Assembly: GCA_965220965.1 (NCBI GenBank)
Contig: CBDCRI010000001.1
Coordinates: 160,001-224,000 of the forward strand
DNA length: 64,000 nucleotides
Origin: Candidatus Marinacidobacterium sp.
Lineage (GTDB): Bacteria > Acidobacteriota > Vicinamibacteria > Marinacidobacterales > Marinacidobacteraceae
Reading direction: 5' to 3'
The notes under the pieces were generated by a model. That model had not been told where the DNA came from. It did not search any database and was given only the letters and a program-made list of their open reading frames with translations. Positions 19,729 to 29,144 of this stretch are shown in pieces. How positions within the stretch are numbered: the first letter of the stretch is position 1; each line of letters opens with the position of its first letter. The translations under genes and the position numbers were made by a program.

Positions 19729-20030
19729 GGAGCCAGCCCGCCGGTCGAAACTGATTGCAAGGCCTGTCCATCGCGGTCCGGCTTCCGGCCTTGAGACCGT
19801 GCCCGCCGGTCAGTCGCCGCAGGATTCCGTTGTGGGGGAATCCCCGGGCGCGACGGGCCTTGGCAGCGGCCGCTCGGAGCACGGATCGGCTAGCGTCCGC
19901 GAGGGCCTCCCGGCGCGCACGGCCCCGCTGGCTGGTTAGCCAACCCTGCAACCGGCGTCCAGGGCCACTCCGGCTCCGTCCCCATTGGGCCTTGAACAGC
20001 GCGACTGTTTTTTAGCTTGGGCGCACGGCC

Positions 20031-20298
20031 GTGGAACCCAGGAATGCCGGGACGACCCAGTTTCCCGAGAAGCCCTTGAAGGCGGCGCAGGCGCTTGCCG
20101 GAGCCATGGGCGGCGGCACCGTGCCCCTGGCGAGATGGGGCCACCGCGCCTCCCGAGCGTGGACCTCTTCTGCAGGACTTGCACACGCTCGCCTGGCGCT
20201 GCGGCGCGCCCATCGCACGTCTGGCGGCGCACGCCTGGGCCGGCGGAACCGCCAACCGCAACGTGATCCTGTCGCTGAACCAGTTCGCCGTCGCATGA
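20031..20298 (+). pseudogene. relic of a second AbiEii-type toxin-antitoxin locus
   Basis: MGGGTVPLARWGHRAS followed, out of frame, by VDLFC, matching GGGTALAMRWGHRRSTDIDL of 15869-16675. Confidence 0.55.
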
Positions 20299-20351
20299 GC
20301 CGGCCCTAGCCGCGTCCGGCGCGCGGCCTGGCAAACGCGCCCGGACCCGGG

Positions 20352-20549
20352 CTAGGGCTTGCGGGGCTTGGCCCGCTGCCGCCGCCGGTGGCGCTCCACG
20401 ATGTGCGGATGGGTCTCGCTGGCGGGGCGCATCCGCTTGAAGTCCTCGGCGTCGAGCTCGCGGGCGTCGGGATCGGCTTCGATCCCCGCCCGAATGCGCT
20501 CCGCCTCCTCAGGCGTCGGCCTCACGGTTCCCGGTTTCAGCTTGGGCAT
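20352..20549 (-). CDS. BrnA-like antitoxin N-terminal part lacking the RHH domain
   Basis: MPKLKPGTVRPTPEEAERIRAGIEADPDARELDAEDFKRMRP resembles BrnA-family N-termini; GGAAGG RBS. Confidence 0.55.
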   Translation of the reverse strand: MPKLKPGTVRPTPEEAERIRAGIEADPDARELDAEDFKRMRPASETHPHIVERHRRRQRAKPRKP

Positions 20550-20561
20550 GGTCCTTCCCTC

Positions 20562-21458
20562 CTAGAAGTACTTGGCCACCGCGCCGCGCTCGGCCTGGGC
20601 GTCCGCGGCGTAGTGCGCGACCATTCGCGCGGTCTTCCAGCCGCCGGCCTTCATGGTCTCGGTGGTGCTGGCGCCCCTGGCCGTCGCCTCGCTGGCCAGC
20701 CCGACGCGGAAGCTGTGGGCGCTGATGCCCGGCATGCCCGCCGCGGCCGCGGCCGCCTTGAGCCGGCGGTTGACCTGGCTCGCCGACAGGCCGATGACCT
20801 TGCCGTCGCGCTGCGCCTCGCCGCGCGCCTCGGCCTCGGCGCGCAGCACGCGAAGGGCCATGGCGCCGGGGCCCTTGACCGCCCGGACGTCGGCGCGGGC
20901 GCCCTCCTGGTTGGTCTTGCTGCGCTTGAGGTCGATCAGCAGCAGCTCGGGATCCTCGGCGTCCTTGACCATCCCCCAGGTGAGGGCGGCGATCTCGCTG
21001 CGGCGCAGGCCGCCGAGGAACGCCAGGCCGATCATCGCCGAGTCGAGCAGCCCGCGCGCCTGCGCCTCCTCGACGGTCTCCCTGCGCCGCCCGCGGCGCC
21101 TGGGCGCGCCGGCCGCCGACTGCATGGCCAGCACGGCCTCGTAGCGCACCGGCAGCGCCTGACCCCGCCCGCGGTCCGCGTCCGTCCGCTTGGCGCCGGC
21201 CAGCACGCGGTCCGTCAGCGGGCCGCTCACCCGCGCGCCCGGGTCCAGCGCCTCCAGGCGCGCCCGGAAGTTGGCCGCGGCCACCACCAGCGCCAGCGTG
21301 CTCGGCGCCACCCCTTCGGCGCGGCGCCGGCCCAGGTGCGCCGCCAGGGCGGCGTCGGTGAGGGGCTCGCCGTCCAGGTCGGCGTCCAAGGTCCGTAGCG
21401 CGGCCTCGTAGGCGCGGCGCGTGTTCGGCGCGATGCTCGAGGCGATCAGCGCCGCCAT
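20562..21458 (-). CDS. tyrosine recombinase/resolvase (Cre-like)
   Basis: APNTRRAY, GLRRSEI, RSKTNQ, SAHSFRVG, GGWKT...MVAHY give the R-K-H-R-W-Y catalytic set. Confidence 0.9.
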   Translation of the reverse strand: MAALIASSIAPNTRRAYEAALRTLDADLDGEPLTDAALAAHLGRRRAEGVAPSTLALVVAAANFRARLEALDPGARVSGPLTDRVLAGAKRTDADRGRGQALPVRYEAVLAMQSAAGAPRRRGRRRETVEEAQARGLLDSAMIGLAFLGGLRRSEIAALTWGMVKDAEDPELLLIDLKRSKTNQEGARADVRAVKGPGAMALRVLRAEAEARGEAQRDGKVIGLSASQVNRRLKAAAAAAGMPGISAHSFRVGLASEATARGASTTETMKAGGWKTARMVAHYAADAQAERGAVAKYF

Positions 21459-21517
21459 GTCCCCAGCCTCCCGGGGGGCCGGCGGGGCGGGGGCGGAGCC
21501 GCCCCCCGCGGGCGGCC

Positions 21518-22654
21518 TCACGGCGACGCCTCCACGGCCATAGGGGCTTCGAGCCTGGCGGGCCTTGGCGCCAGCACCTCCGGAAAGCGCCCGGCGAGGT
21601 GCCGGGCCAGCGCGATGGACACCGGCGGGGCCACGGCGTTGCCGAACTGCTGGTAGGCCTGCGTGTCCGACACGGGTATCCGGAAGCGCGGCGCCCCGGG
21701 CCGGTCGAACCCCTGCAGGCGGGCGCACTCCCTAGGCGTCAGGCGCCTCGGCGGCCGGCCCTCCTGCCGGACCAGTATCTCCGCCCCGTCCTTGTGGTAG
21801 CGGGCGGACAGCGTGCGCGCCACGTCCGCGGGGCCCACCAGCCCGAAGCCGAAGCCGTTGCCCTGCTCAGCGTGGCGCTCGGCATGGCCCCTCAGGGCCT
21901 TCCAGGTGGCGGGGCGGAGCGTGTAGCGGGCCGCCACCGCCGCGTCAGGCCCCTCGGTGTAGGGCGGCTCCGCCGCCTCCGAGCCGTCCTGCGGATTCAG
22001 GACGGCTCCCAAGGTCGGCTGCGGGCCCGACAGGGGCGGCACGAAGAGGTCGTCGAAGCGGAAGGCCGCGCCCTCACGGGCGCCGACGATGAACAGCCGC
22101 TCGCGGCTCTGCGGCACCCAGTGCCGGGCGTTGATGAGGTGCACGTTCACCTGGTAGCCCAAGTCCTCGGCCAAGGTCTGGTAGATCACCCTGAAGGTGC
22201 GCCCGCCGTCGTGGGCGCGCAGGTTCCTGACGTTCTCGAGCACGAACAGGGCTGGGCGGCGATGGGCGATGATCCGCGCCACGTCGAAGAAGAGCGTGCC
22301 GCGGCTGGCGTCCAGGAAGCCGTGCCGGCGCCCCATCGAGTTGGCCTTCGACACGCCCGCGGTCGAGAAGGGCTGGCAGGGGAACCCGGCGAGCAGCACG
22401 TCGTGCGCGGGAACCTCCTCCTCCGGCACCGCCGCGACGTCGTGGGCCCAGCGGTGCGGCCCGGGGTGGTTGGCCTCGTAGGTGGCCCGGGCGAAGGGGT
22501 CCCTCTCGGCCGCCCACACGCACCGGCCGCCCAAGGCGTCGAACCCGGCCCGCAGGCCGCCGATCCCGGCGAACAGGTCGATGTGGTCAAAGGCGGCGCC
22601 GCCGCGCCGTCCGGCGGGTTCCTGCGCCAAGGGCCGGCCCTGCAAGCTGCACAT
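21518..22654 (-). CDS. dcm: DNA cytosine methyltransferase, Dcm/M.EcoRII-like
   Basis: IDLFAGIGG, GFPCQPFS, GTLFFDV, LENVRNL.HDGGRTF, ARTLSARYHKDGAEIL, RIPVSDTQAYQQFGN. Confidence 0.9.
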   Translation of the reverse strand: MCSLQGRPLAQEPAGRRGGAAFDHIDLFAGIGGLRAGFDALGGRCVWAAERDPFARATYEANHPGPHRWAHDVAAVPEEEVPAHDVLLAGFPCQPFSTAGVSKANSMGRRHGFLDASRGTLFFDVARIIAHRRPALFVLENVRNLRAHDGGRTFRVIYQTLAEDLGYQVNVHLINARHWVPQSRERLFIVGAREGAAFRFDDLFVPPLSGPQPTLGAVLNPQDGSEAAEPPYTEGPDAAVAARYTLRPATWKALRGHAERHAEQGNGFGFGLVGPADVARTLSARYHKDGAEILVRQEGRPPRRLTPRECARLQGFDRPGAPRFRIPVSDTQAYQQFGNAVAPPVSIALARHLAGRFPEVLAPRPARLEAPMAVEASP

Positions 22655-22759
22655 GGCCTCGATTCTACCATCCGGGGCGCCGGACGGACCCGTGGCGGGC
22701 GCGGCCGGGCGGGGGAGGGCGGCGTTGAGCTTCCCGGGGGCCGGCCCTACCATGGCCGC

Positions 22760-23053
22760 ATGCCCAAGTCCCCGAAAGGCGCCGCTCCGCGCCCGCTCAG
22801 CTTCGAAGGCCCCGCCGCGATGCCGGCGCGCACGCGGGCGGCCATCCAGGCCGAGTGCGCCTCCCGCCTGGCGGCCCTGTCCGCCGTGCTTGGTCCGGAG
22901 CGCGCCGCCGAGCTCTTTGAGCGTGCCGAGGCCATGCCCCCGCCAGCCAGGCAGGAGGCCCCGCGGGAGACGCCGGGCCAGCGGGCGCTGAGGCTCATGG
23001 AGACCCGTGCCGGCCGGGCCGAGCTCGCGAAGCTTACGTGGGAGACCCTGTGA
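22760..23053 (+). CDS. small protein, putative antitoxin of the downstream PIN-like gene (97 aa)
   Basis: ATG at 22760; the stop overlaps the next start as GTGA (translational coupling). Confidence 0.6.
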   Translation: MPKSPKGAAPRPLSFEGPAAMPARTRAAIQAECASRLAALSAVLGPERAAELFERAEAMPPPARQEAPRETPGQRALRLMETRAGRAELAKLTWETL

Positions 23054-23943
23054 GGCCCGTCGCGCCGGCCCGCGCCACCGCCGACACGGAGCTGCTCGTC
23101 GACCCGACCTGCCGGCAGTTCACGTCGGCCCTTTGGGAGCTTGCCGGCGGGCGCCTTGCCGTGACGCCCACGGTCGCCGACGAGCTCCCGGGCAACGCGA
23201 GGGGATCAGAGGGCCGGCACTGGAACAGAGTGCTCTCCCGCGAGATGGAGGCCTCGAACATCCATTACGACGCGGAGACCTATCGTGACATCATCGCAGC
23301 AACCAAGGACGCGGCCGGGGAATGGATGCTTCGGGAGCTGGCCGGCGGGGGCTCCGGCGCCCTCGTTGCGGTGCGCGCCCTAGCCCCGGACGCGTACGCG
23401 CTGGCCCGGGAGGTGGCCGCGCGCATCCCCAAGCAGTGCTTCCGCCGGCCCAGCCAAGCCAACCAGCGCCGCGACGCCGAGGTGATCGGCGAGTCGGTCG
23501 CTTTGGGGTTCGCCCTGCTGTCCACGCAGAACCTCGGCAGCATCAAGGACGAGCGGGCCAATGAATGGCTCATCCGCGAGGGTTACGTGGAGGGTCCGCT
23601 GATCCAAACCATTGCCAACGCGCTGCGCGCGCTGAACCCCGAGACCAGCCACGAGGAGGCGGCGCTGCGCGCCGTTCTTGGCGCGTCGCTGCCGAACGAG
23701 AATCGCGGCCTTGAGCGCGACCTTCGAGCGGTCACGGCCTTCATCGAACGGCTTGGGGCGAGCCACGCGAAGGCCTGCGCGGTTTGGGCGGAGGACTGCT
23801 TGGAGCACCTTGGAAGCCTGGCCGACACGGTCCGCGCCGTGCGCCGGGACCTTCCAGTCCGGACAAGGGCGATGGAGGACTCCCGCCTGCGTGCTACGCG
23901 CTCCGCAGCCGTTAGGGCGGGCTTTGCCGGGCACTCCGGCTGA
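23050..23943 (+). CDS. PIN-domain-like protein
   Basis: ADTELL...VTPTVADEL...RDAEVIGES...LSTQN; paralogue of 326-1186. Confidence 0.6.
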   Translation: MRPVAPARATADTELLVDPTCRQFTSALWELAGGRLAVTPTVADELPGNARGSEGRHWNRVLSREMEASNIHYDAETYRDIIAATKDAAGEWMLRELAGGGSGALVAVRALAPDAYALAREVAARIPKQCFRRPSQANQRRDAEVIGESVALGFALLSTQNLGSIKDERANEWLIREGYVEGPLIQTIANALRALNPETSHEEAALRAVLGASLPNENRGLERDLRAVTAFIERLGASHAKACAVWAEDCLEHLGSLADTVRAVRRDLPVRTRAMEDSRLRATRSAAVRAGFAGHSG

Positions 23944-24249
23944 GCCGAAGGGCCTGCAGCGCCCCGCCGTCGCGCCCTAGGGCCAGCGGGGGAGGGGGGC
24001 CAGGTCGCGCGGGGGCAGCGGGTCAGGGCCGGGAAGCCAAGCGCGCGCTCCTGCGGACCCTCCTCACAGCGACGGGCCGGCCGGAGCCCCCCGGCACGGC
24101 GCCGTGAAGCGCGCCGCCTGTCCTGGGCCGGTTCCCAACCGCAGCGGGGACAAGGATGTCGGGCATTGCGCCCGACGGGCGCCAGCGCTCCGGCACGGTG
24201 CGCCTTGGCGGGGCCGGATGCCCTTGGTGATGGACTTGGCGTGCCCTCC

Positions 24250-25887
24250 TCAGGGGCGCGGGAGTGACGACTGCGACCGTTCACGCGCGGGCGCTGGCGC
24301 ATCGGCATCGCTGTCAGGCGCCTGCCGGCGATCCGCTCCAAGAGGAAGGGCAAGCTGCCCGGCCACGAACTCGGCGAAGGCGGAGATGTTCTGGCCGACG
24401 CTGGCCTCCTCTAGAGCTGCCATGTAAGGCCGGCGGAGCTCCACCCGGATGGTGGTCCAAGGGTAGCCGCCTGACGCCAGCATGGCGTTCATCAGGAATC
24501 GCGCCATGCGTCCGTTGCCGTCGGGAAAGGGGTGGGCGTAGCCGAGCATCCAGTGCCCCACCACTGCGCGCACGGCAGGCTCCGGCTCATGCTCCAGCAG
24601 CTCAAAAAGGGCTTCCATGCAGTCCGGTAGAAGCTCCGCTCGGGGCGGGACGTGCCTCGATCCGCGAATGAACACGGGCCGGTTTCGGTAGCCGGCCAGG
24701 GCTGACCGGTCGTACAGCCCAGCTGCGGCGAAAGGCTGGAACAGCTGCAGGAACCACTGCCCGTGCGCATTGCGGAACAGGGTGCCGGGATCCGCGCCGT
24801 TCAGCACGGCCTCCACCGACTCCCGCACGGCCTGAAACGCCTGCCAGTAGCCGCGAGCGGCCAGCGCGTCCTGCTGCTGGCGGTCTTCAGCGACCTTCTG
24901 CGGATTCCAATTCCCCGACCTCACCTGATCGATCAACTTGGGGGTGACGCGGTAGCCTTCGATGGACAGGGAGTGGTAGGCGTCTTCCCGGTATGCCGCG
25001 GCCACGCCGTCGAGATACTGCTGCGCCAACGGGCCCGACGGCAATCCCGGCGCCTCCGGAAAGGCCGACAGGACGGGCTCGCGCGCCCTGTTCCACAGCA
25101 CGCGCAGGCGGTGCATGACGGACGACCCGGAACGCAGGGCGATCCGCCCGGCACGCTCCGGGGCCGAGCCTGCCGCCTTGAACGGATCCGCCTCCCGGAA
25201 ACTGTCGTGCCCGGTTTCCCGCATTGCGCTGCGAATCTCGTCCGCGAAGGCGTCGCGTCCAATGTGGCGGCACGCGCCTGCCAGCCGTCCGGCGACCTTC
25301 GAACAGCTCCCAGCCAGCAATCGACTCACGAGGGGCGCGGCGTGGCGCACGCTCTCGAGCGCCGTGCGCGCCTCGACCGGGCGGTCGCGGAAGAAGGCCG
25401 CAGGGACTCGGACCAACGCCGCCTCGATCGTGAAAATGCGCAGGCCGTTCCTTTCGCAAAGGTCCGCGGCTGGCGGCTCCTCAGAGGACTCCAGGTCGAA
25501 CAGCGACGTCGCGAACGGCAGCCGCACGTTGTTGTTTCGCCCTTCCGGGGCCCGCACGATGACCTGGGACGGGACACTGGTGTCCTCAGCGTGGAGCCGC
25601 AACGAGATTTCGGGGGACAGATGCCAGCGGGCGCCGAAGCGGTGCGAGCTGTAGCGGGCGCAGAACTCCCAGAACGCCGCGTGCCACGCCGTGGTGTCGT
25701 CGGGTGGCGCGTCCGGCCTCGAAAGCATCAACCAGCCTTTGATGACGGGTTGAAGGTAGCCGTTGCGGAGGAGTCGTTCGCGATGTTCGCGGCGGAACTG
25801 CCGGGATCGAAAGACGTGCCTTCCATCGCCTTGCAGTTCGGACAGCGCCTCCAGCGCATCAGCCAGCTTGTGGTTGGGAGAGACCAT
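24250..25887 (-). CDS. Fic-domain protein with long N-terminal extension
   Basis: Intact Fic motif HPFPDGNGRMAR; AYHSLSIEG. Confidence 0.9.
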   Translation of the reverse strand: MVSPNHKLADALEALSELQGDGRHVFRSRQFRREHRERLLRNGYLQPVIKGWLMLSRPDAPPDDTTAWHAAFWEFCARYSSHRFGARWHLSPEISLRLHAEDTSVPSQVIVRAPEGRNNNVRLPFATSLFDLESSEEPPAADLCERNGLRIFTIEAALVRVPAAFFRDRPVEARTALESVRHAAPLVSRLLAGSCSKVAGRLAGACRHIGRDAFADEIRSAMRETGHDSFREADPFKAAGSAPERAGRIALRSGSSVMHRLRVLWNRAREPVLSAFPEAPGLPSGPLAQQYLDGVAAAYREDAYHSLSIEGYRVTPKLIDQVRSGNWNPQKVAEDRQQQDALAARGYWQAFQAVRESVEAVLNGADPGTLFRNAHGQWFLQLFQPFAAAGLYDRSALAGYRNRPVFIRGSRHVPPRAELLPDCMEALFELLEHEPEPAVRAVVGHWMLGYAHPFPDGNGRMARFLMNAMLASGGYPWTTIRVELRRPYMAALEEASVGQNISAFAEFVAGQLALPLGADRRQAPDSDADAPAPARERSQSSLPRP

Positions 25888-25906
25888 GTCCTAGGCGCCC
25901 TCGGCC

Positions 25907-25949
25907 GTTGCTTGCGCAAGTATATCGTGTGTTGCTCTTGCAAGTACAT
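25907..25949. promoter_or_regulatory. imperfect direct repeat with palindromic cores between the divergent fic and hipA genes
   Basis: GTTGCTTGCGCAAGTATAT (25907-25925) and GTTGCTCTTGCAAGTACAT (25931-25949). Confidence 0.45.
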
Positions 25950-26096
25950 TCTGCATTCGCGCAATGGCGCGACACTGGCCGTCAAGTGGAACAACACGGC
26001 CTTTCCACCCAGAATAGGCAACGGCTTTCTGATTTTTGGAGAGGCCCTCGTAGGATGGCTGGCTCTTACGGACGGCGAGGTGAACGACTGAACGCG

Positions 26097-27458
26097 ATGA
26101 AAATTGAGCTGCGCCTGCACGGCAGGCGGGCCTGCGCCTTGGAGGCGGACCCGCGGCTGCCGGAGGGCGTTTTCGCGCGCGGGAAGGCCATGGCGTGGCT
26201 GTCGGCGGGCTGGGACGGGACCGAGGCCCACGACACCGCCCGGCGCTGGCTGCTGGGGGCGCTGCCGGAGAACGGCACCCTGCCGGCTTGGATGGGCGAG
26301 GCCGAGGCCCGCTTCCGGGCGCTCGGCGTGGCGGGGGACATCCGCCGGCCGGAGTCCCTGCTGTGGGTATATCGTAGCGCCGAGTTTCCGGGGGCGCTGC
26401 AGGTGCTGCGCGAGGGGGAACGCGCCGCCAAGCCGCTTCCGGTTGCTTCGTCGGCCTACCAGTCCCTGTCCGAGACTGACGTGGGCGAAATGCTCAGCAA
26501 GGTCGTGCGCACAGCCTTGGCCCTGAAGGGGCGGCCGGAAGTCGCGCCGGAGCGGGCGCGCTCCTCGCTGTCCGGCGTGCGCCCCAAGGTGTCGCTTACG
26601 GCTGCCGGGGACGGCCTCGGAGGCGGTTGGCTGCAGGGCCAGACGGGGCAGCTGAACACGTGGATCGTCAAGGTGGAGAATGACATGGAGCTGCCGGGCG
26701 AGGCCGGCGTCGAGAGCCTCTGCCAAAGGGCGCTCGCCCTGGCCGGCATGCCAGCCTCCCGGACCTTGGCACGGGTGGTGGACGGGCGGCAGTGCGTGTT
26801 GAGCGAGCGCTCGGACCGCAGGATGGAGGGCGGCTGCGTGCTGGCGGCGCACCAAGAGGAATTCCGCCAAGCCTGCGACGCCGGCACCGAGCGCTTCCCC
26901 GCCGGGCTGGGCCGCGAAGCTGAGTGGCCGGCCGCCTACCGGCTGCTCGGCCGAGCGAGCGCCGACCCCGACGGCGAGGCCGACCGCCTGACGCGCCTGC
27001 TGGCCGCATCGGCCATGATCTGCCACGCCGACCTGCACCGCGGCAACCTCGGCTACCGGGTCTCGGCGCCCGGCGACGGCCCGAAGCGGGTCAGCCTGGC
27101 CCCCGCCTACGACGTTTCGACCGCCATCGGCACCAAGCTCAGCAAGGACCTCACCTTTGGCATCGCCGGGCAGCGAAGTCCGGCCGAGATCGGAGCGCCC
27201 CAGTGGAAGGCCCACGCCGCGCGCTGCGGGATTGACGCGGAGCGGACTCTGGCGGCTGTGGCTGAAGTCGCCGCGGCGCTGCCGGAAGCCTTCGCGCAGG
27301 CTAGGATCGAGGCGTCCGCGGAGGACGTGAACGCGGACCAGGCCGCCGTCGACCGGCGGGCGGAGCGGACGCTGGCCTATTTGGAGAATCGGCGAGCAGA
27401 CTTCGAACGCTGCATGCGGGGCCGCAGCCGTCCCGCCACGCCGGGGCCGGGGGGCTAG
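26097..27458 (+). CDS. hipA: HipA-family kinase toxin
   Basis: SLSGVRPK, WIVK, ICHADLHRGN and LAPAYD motifs; ATG 26097 (MKIELRLHG). Confidence 0.85.
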   Translation: MKIELRLHGRRACALEADPRLPEGVFARGKAMAWLSAGWDGTEAHDTARRWLLGALPENGTLPAWMGEAEARFRALGVAGDIRRPESLLWVYRSAEFPGALQVLREGERAAKPLPVASSAYQSLSETDVGEMLSKVVRTALALKGRPEVAPERARSSLSGVRPKVSLTAAGDGLGGGWLQGQTGQLNTWIVKVENDMELPGEAGVESLCQRALALAGMPASRTLARVVDGRQCVLSERSDRRMEGGCVLAAHQEEFRQACDAGTERFPAGLGREAEWPAAYRLLGRASADPDGEADRLTRLLAASAMICHADLHRGNLGYRVSAPGDGPKRVSLAPAYDVSTAIGTKLSKDLTFGIAGQRSPAEIGAPQWKAHAARCGIDAERTLAAVAEVAAALPEAFAQARIEASAEDVNADQAAVDRRAERTLAYLENRRADFERCMRGRSRPATPGPGG

Positions 27459-27597
27459 CGCGGAGGGCCGATGCCGCCCATGGATGCGAACCCTCCGAAA
27501 CCGGCTATGCAGTTGCCGTTCCTCGTGGAGGTCGGCCTAGTGCGGCTGCCGGTGTCGATAAGGAGCAGGCGGGACCCGAACGGAAGGAGAGGGCAAG

Positions 27598-28494
27598 CTA
27601 GGGATGCAGGCCGCGTTCCCTCACGGCTTGCCGGACTCTTGCGTAACGCGCCTCCTCCGTCTGCCGGGACCGCCTCGGAAAGGATGTCCGGATTTGATCG
27701 AAAGTCGCCTGTGGATCGGGGTCATTCAGCAAGCCCTGCTTGAGTCGGCAGCGAACGTGGTGCATCTCCGCACTTTCCAAGGCCGCCAACAGGTTATCCA
27801 TCTGAGCAAGGTCATCGCCCTGGTTCTCTTCCCGCAGGGCGCAGGCGGCTGCCCAGTGATAGCTCGGGTTCAGCCTTCGCTTGGCGTCCATGCGCCTCTC
27901 AATGTCGATCAGGGCGTCCCGCCTCACCATGACCAGTTGCTCATGCTCGGTGAATCCGTTGTCCATGAGCCAGACGTTCAGCGGCCCCTGAGCAATGGTG
28001 TCCGAGTCCTCGCTGATCAGGAGGCGTTTGCCGAGCAGGCAGCACTCAATGACCATTTGCCTGTCGCCCTCAGCGTTGTCCGGGTTCTTCGACGGAAAGA
28101 ACCGAGCTGGCAACGCATCGACCAGGGCGGCCGCCCGTTGCCGGTCCCCCTCTGGCATTTCGATGGGCTTGAGCATGCTGTTCGGATCCTGAAGGCAGGA
28201 TTCCAGCCAGGCCGACGCCTCATTCATGGCCACGTTGACCAGCGAAACATAGCGAGCCTCGCCCATTCCCCATCCGGCTTTTCGAGCGACGCTCCCCCAC
28301 CGTCTCCTTTCCGATCCGCGGACGGCTCGCCTCATTGCCGCGCAAACCGAAGGAAGGACTTCGACTCGACGGAGCCCATCGTCCATCATTGACATAATGA
28401 ACCGGCGCCGGATCGGGTCCGACAGATCGATGGCGTCGTGAACCACGCCGTCCAGAGTCGGATGCCCACAGAAAAAGGAGAGCGGATCCTGCAT
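27598..28494 (-). CDS. PIN-domain-like protein
   Basis: VVHDAIDL...VEVLPSV...EGDRQMVIEC...LISEDSDT; same size and layout as the other two; lower GC. Confidence 0.55.
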   Translation of the reverse strand: MQDPLSFFCGHPTLDGVVHDAIDLSDPIRRRFIMSMMDDGLRRVEVLPSVCAAMRRAVRGSERRRWGSVARKAGWGMGEARYVSLVNVAMNEASAWLESCLQDPNSMLKPIEMPEGDRQRAAALVDALPARFFPSKNPDNAEGDRQMVIECCLLGKRLLISEDSDTIAQGPLNVWLMDNGFTEHEQLVMVRRDALIDIERRMDAKRRLNPSYHWAAACALREENQGDDLAQMDNLLAALESAEMHHVRCRLKQGLLNDPDPQATFDQIRTSFPRRSRQTEEARYARVRQAVRERGLHP

Positions 28495-28499
28495 TCAGG

Positions 28500-28733
28500 C
28501 TACGCCTCGCCCCAGCCAATGTCGTCATCCCGAGGCAGGTTCATGGCCTTCTGCCGACGCATTTCCTCCTCCCATGGCCACATCGGGAAGGAGGGAACGT
28601 CCTTCTCCCGTTCGTACAGCGCCATGAAACGCTCCACCTCGTCCGCAGGCATGCCCTTGGCCAGAAACGCGGCCCGGTAGCGCGCTGCCAAGGCGTCCTC
28701 AGTGGCCGTTGCCCTTCTGTTCAGTCCTGCCAT
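28500..28733 (-). CDS. small protein, putative antitoxin of the downstream PIN-like gene
   Basis: GAGGAG RBS; TACAAT box at about 28772-28777; 5 nt from the next gene. Confidence 0.6.
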   Translation of the reverse strand: MAGLNRRATATEDALAARYRAAFLAKGMPADEVERFMALYEREKDVPSFPMWPWEEEMRRQKAMNLPRDDDIGWGEA

Positions 28734-29014
28734 CGCCGTTTTCTCCTCGGGAAGCTTGCTTTCGCCGCCCAATTGTACCCCTGAGCCGGATGTGCCCGAA
28801 CACCAACGTTTATGCGCTGAACCTTGGGGCGGACGTCCCTGTGCGGGAACGGCCCGACCCCTCCGCCCGGTTAGCCCCGCTTCGAAACCGCATTCGGCCG
28901 GGCGGCCGCCCCGATCCCGAAGGCGCCCAACAGCGCCGCCGTTCGCTGACGGAACACTGACATGGGGCGCTTCGTCCTGTCTGGCAAGTCAATCGCCTAA
29001 CTCATTGTTTTTGC

Positions 29015-29067
29015 TGATTCCCGAACGCGGAGTCGAGCCGCGGGCCTACTGATTGGCGGCGATCAGT
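29015..29067 (-). other. degenerate tRNA 3'-half (tRNA-Thr-like), possible att-site relic
   Basis: Minus strand ACTGA..TCAGT-AGGCC-CGCGG-CTCGACT-CCGCG-TTCGGGA-ATCA resembles an anticodon stem, T-arm and acceptor end; followed by IHF-like AAACAATGAGTTA (28998-29010). Confidence 0.5.
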
Positions 29068-29144
29068 GGTAAAATGGCCTCGACATGCGGCGGCCCCGCC
29101 TTCAGCGGGGCCAAAGCGACGTTGCGACCCAACCGGAGGCGGCC

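Noticed and set aside
20562-21458. Shufflon (Rci-like) or integron role for the tyrosine recombinase
   Set aside because: The protein looks Cre/resolvase-like, and I could not find sfx repeats, attC sites or invertible cassettes nearby.
29015-29100. Intact (suppressor) tRNA next to the release factor
   Set aside because: No D-arm or matching 5' acceptor strand; the anticodon loop is 10 nt and the T-loop and CCA are degenerate.
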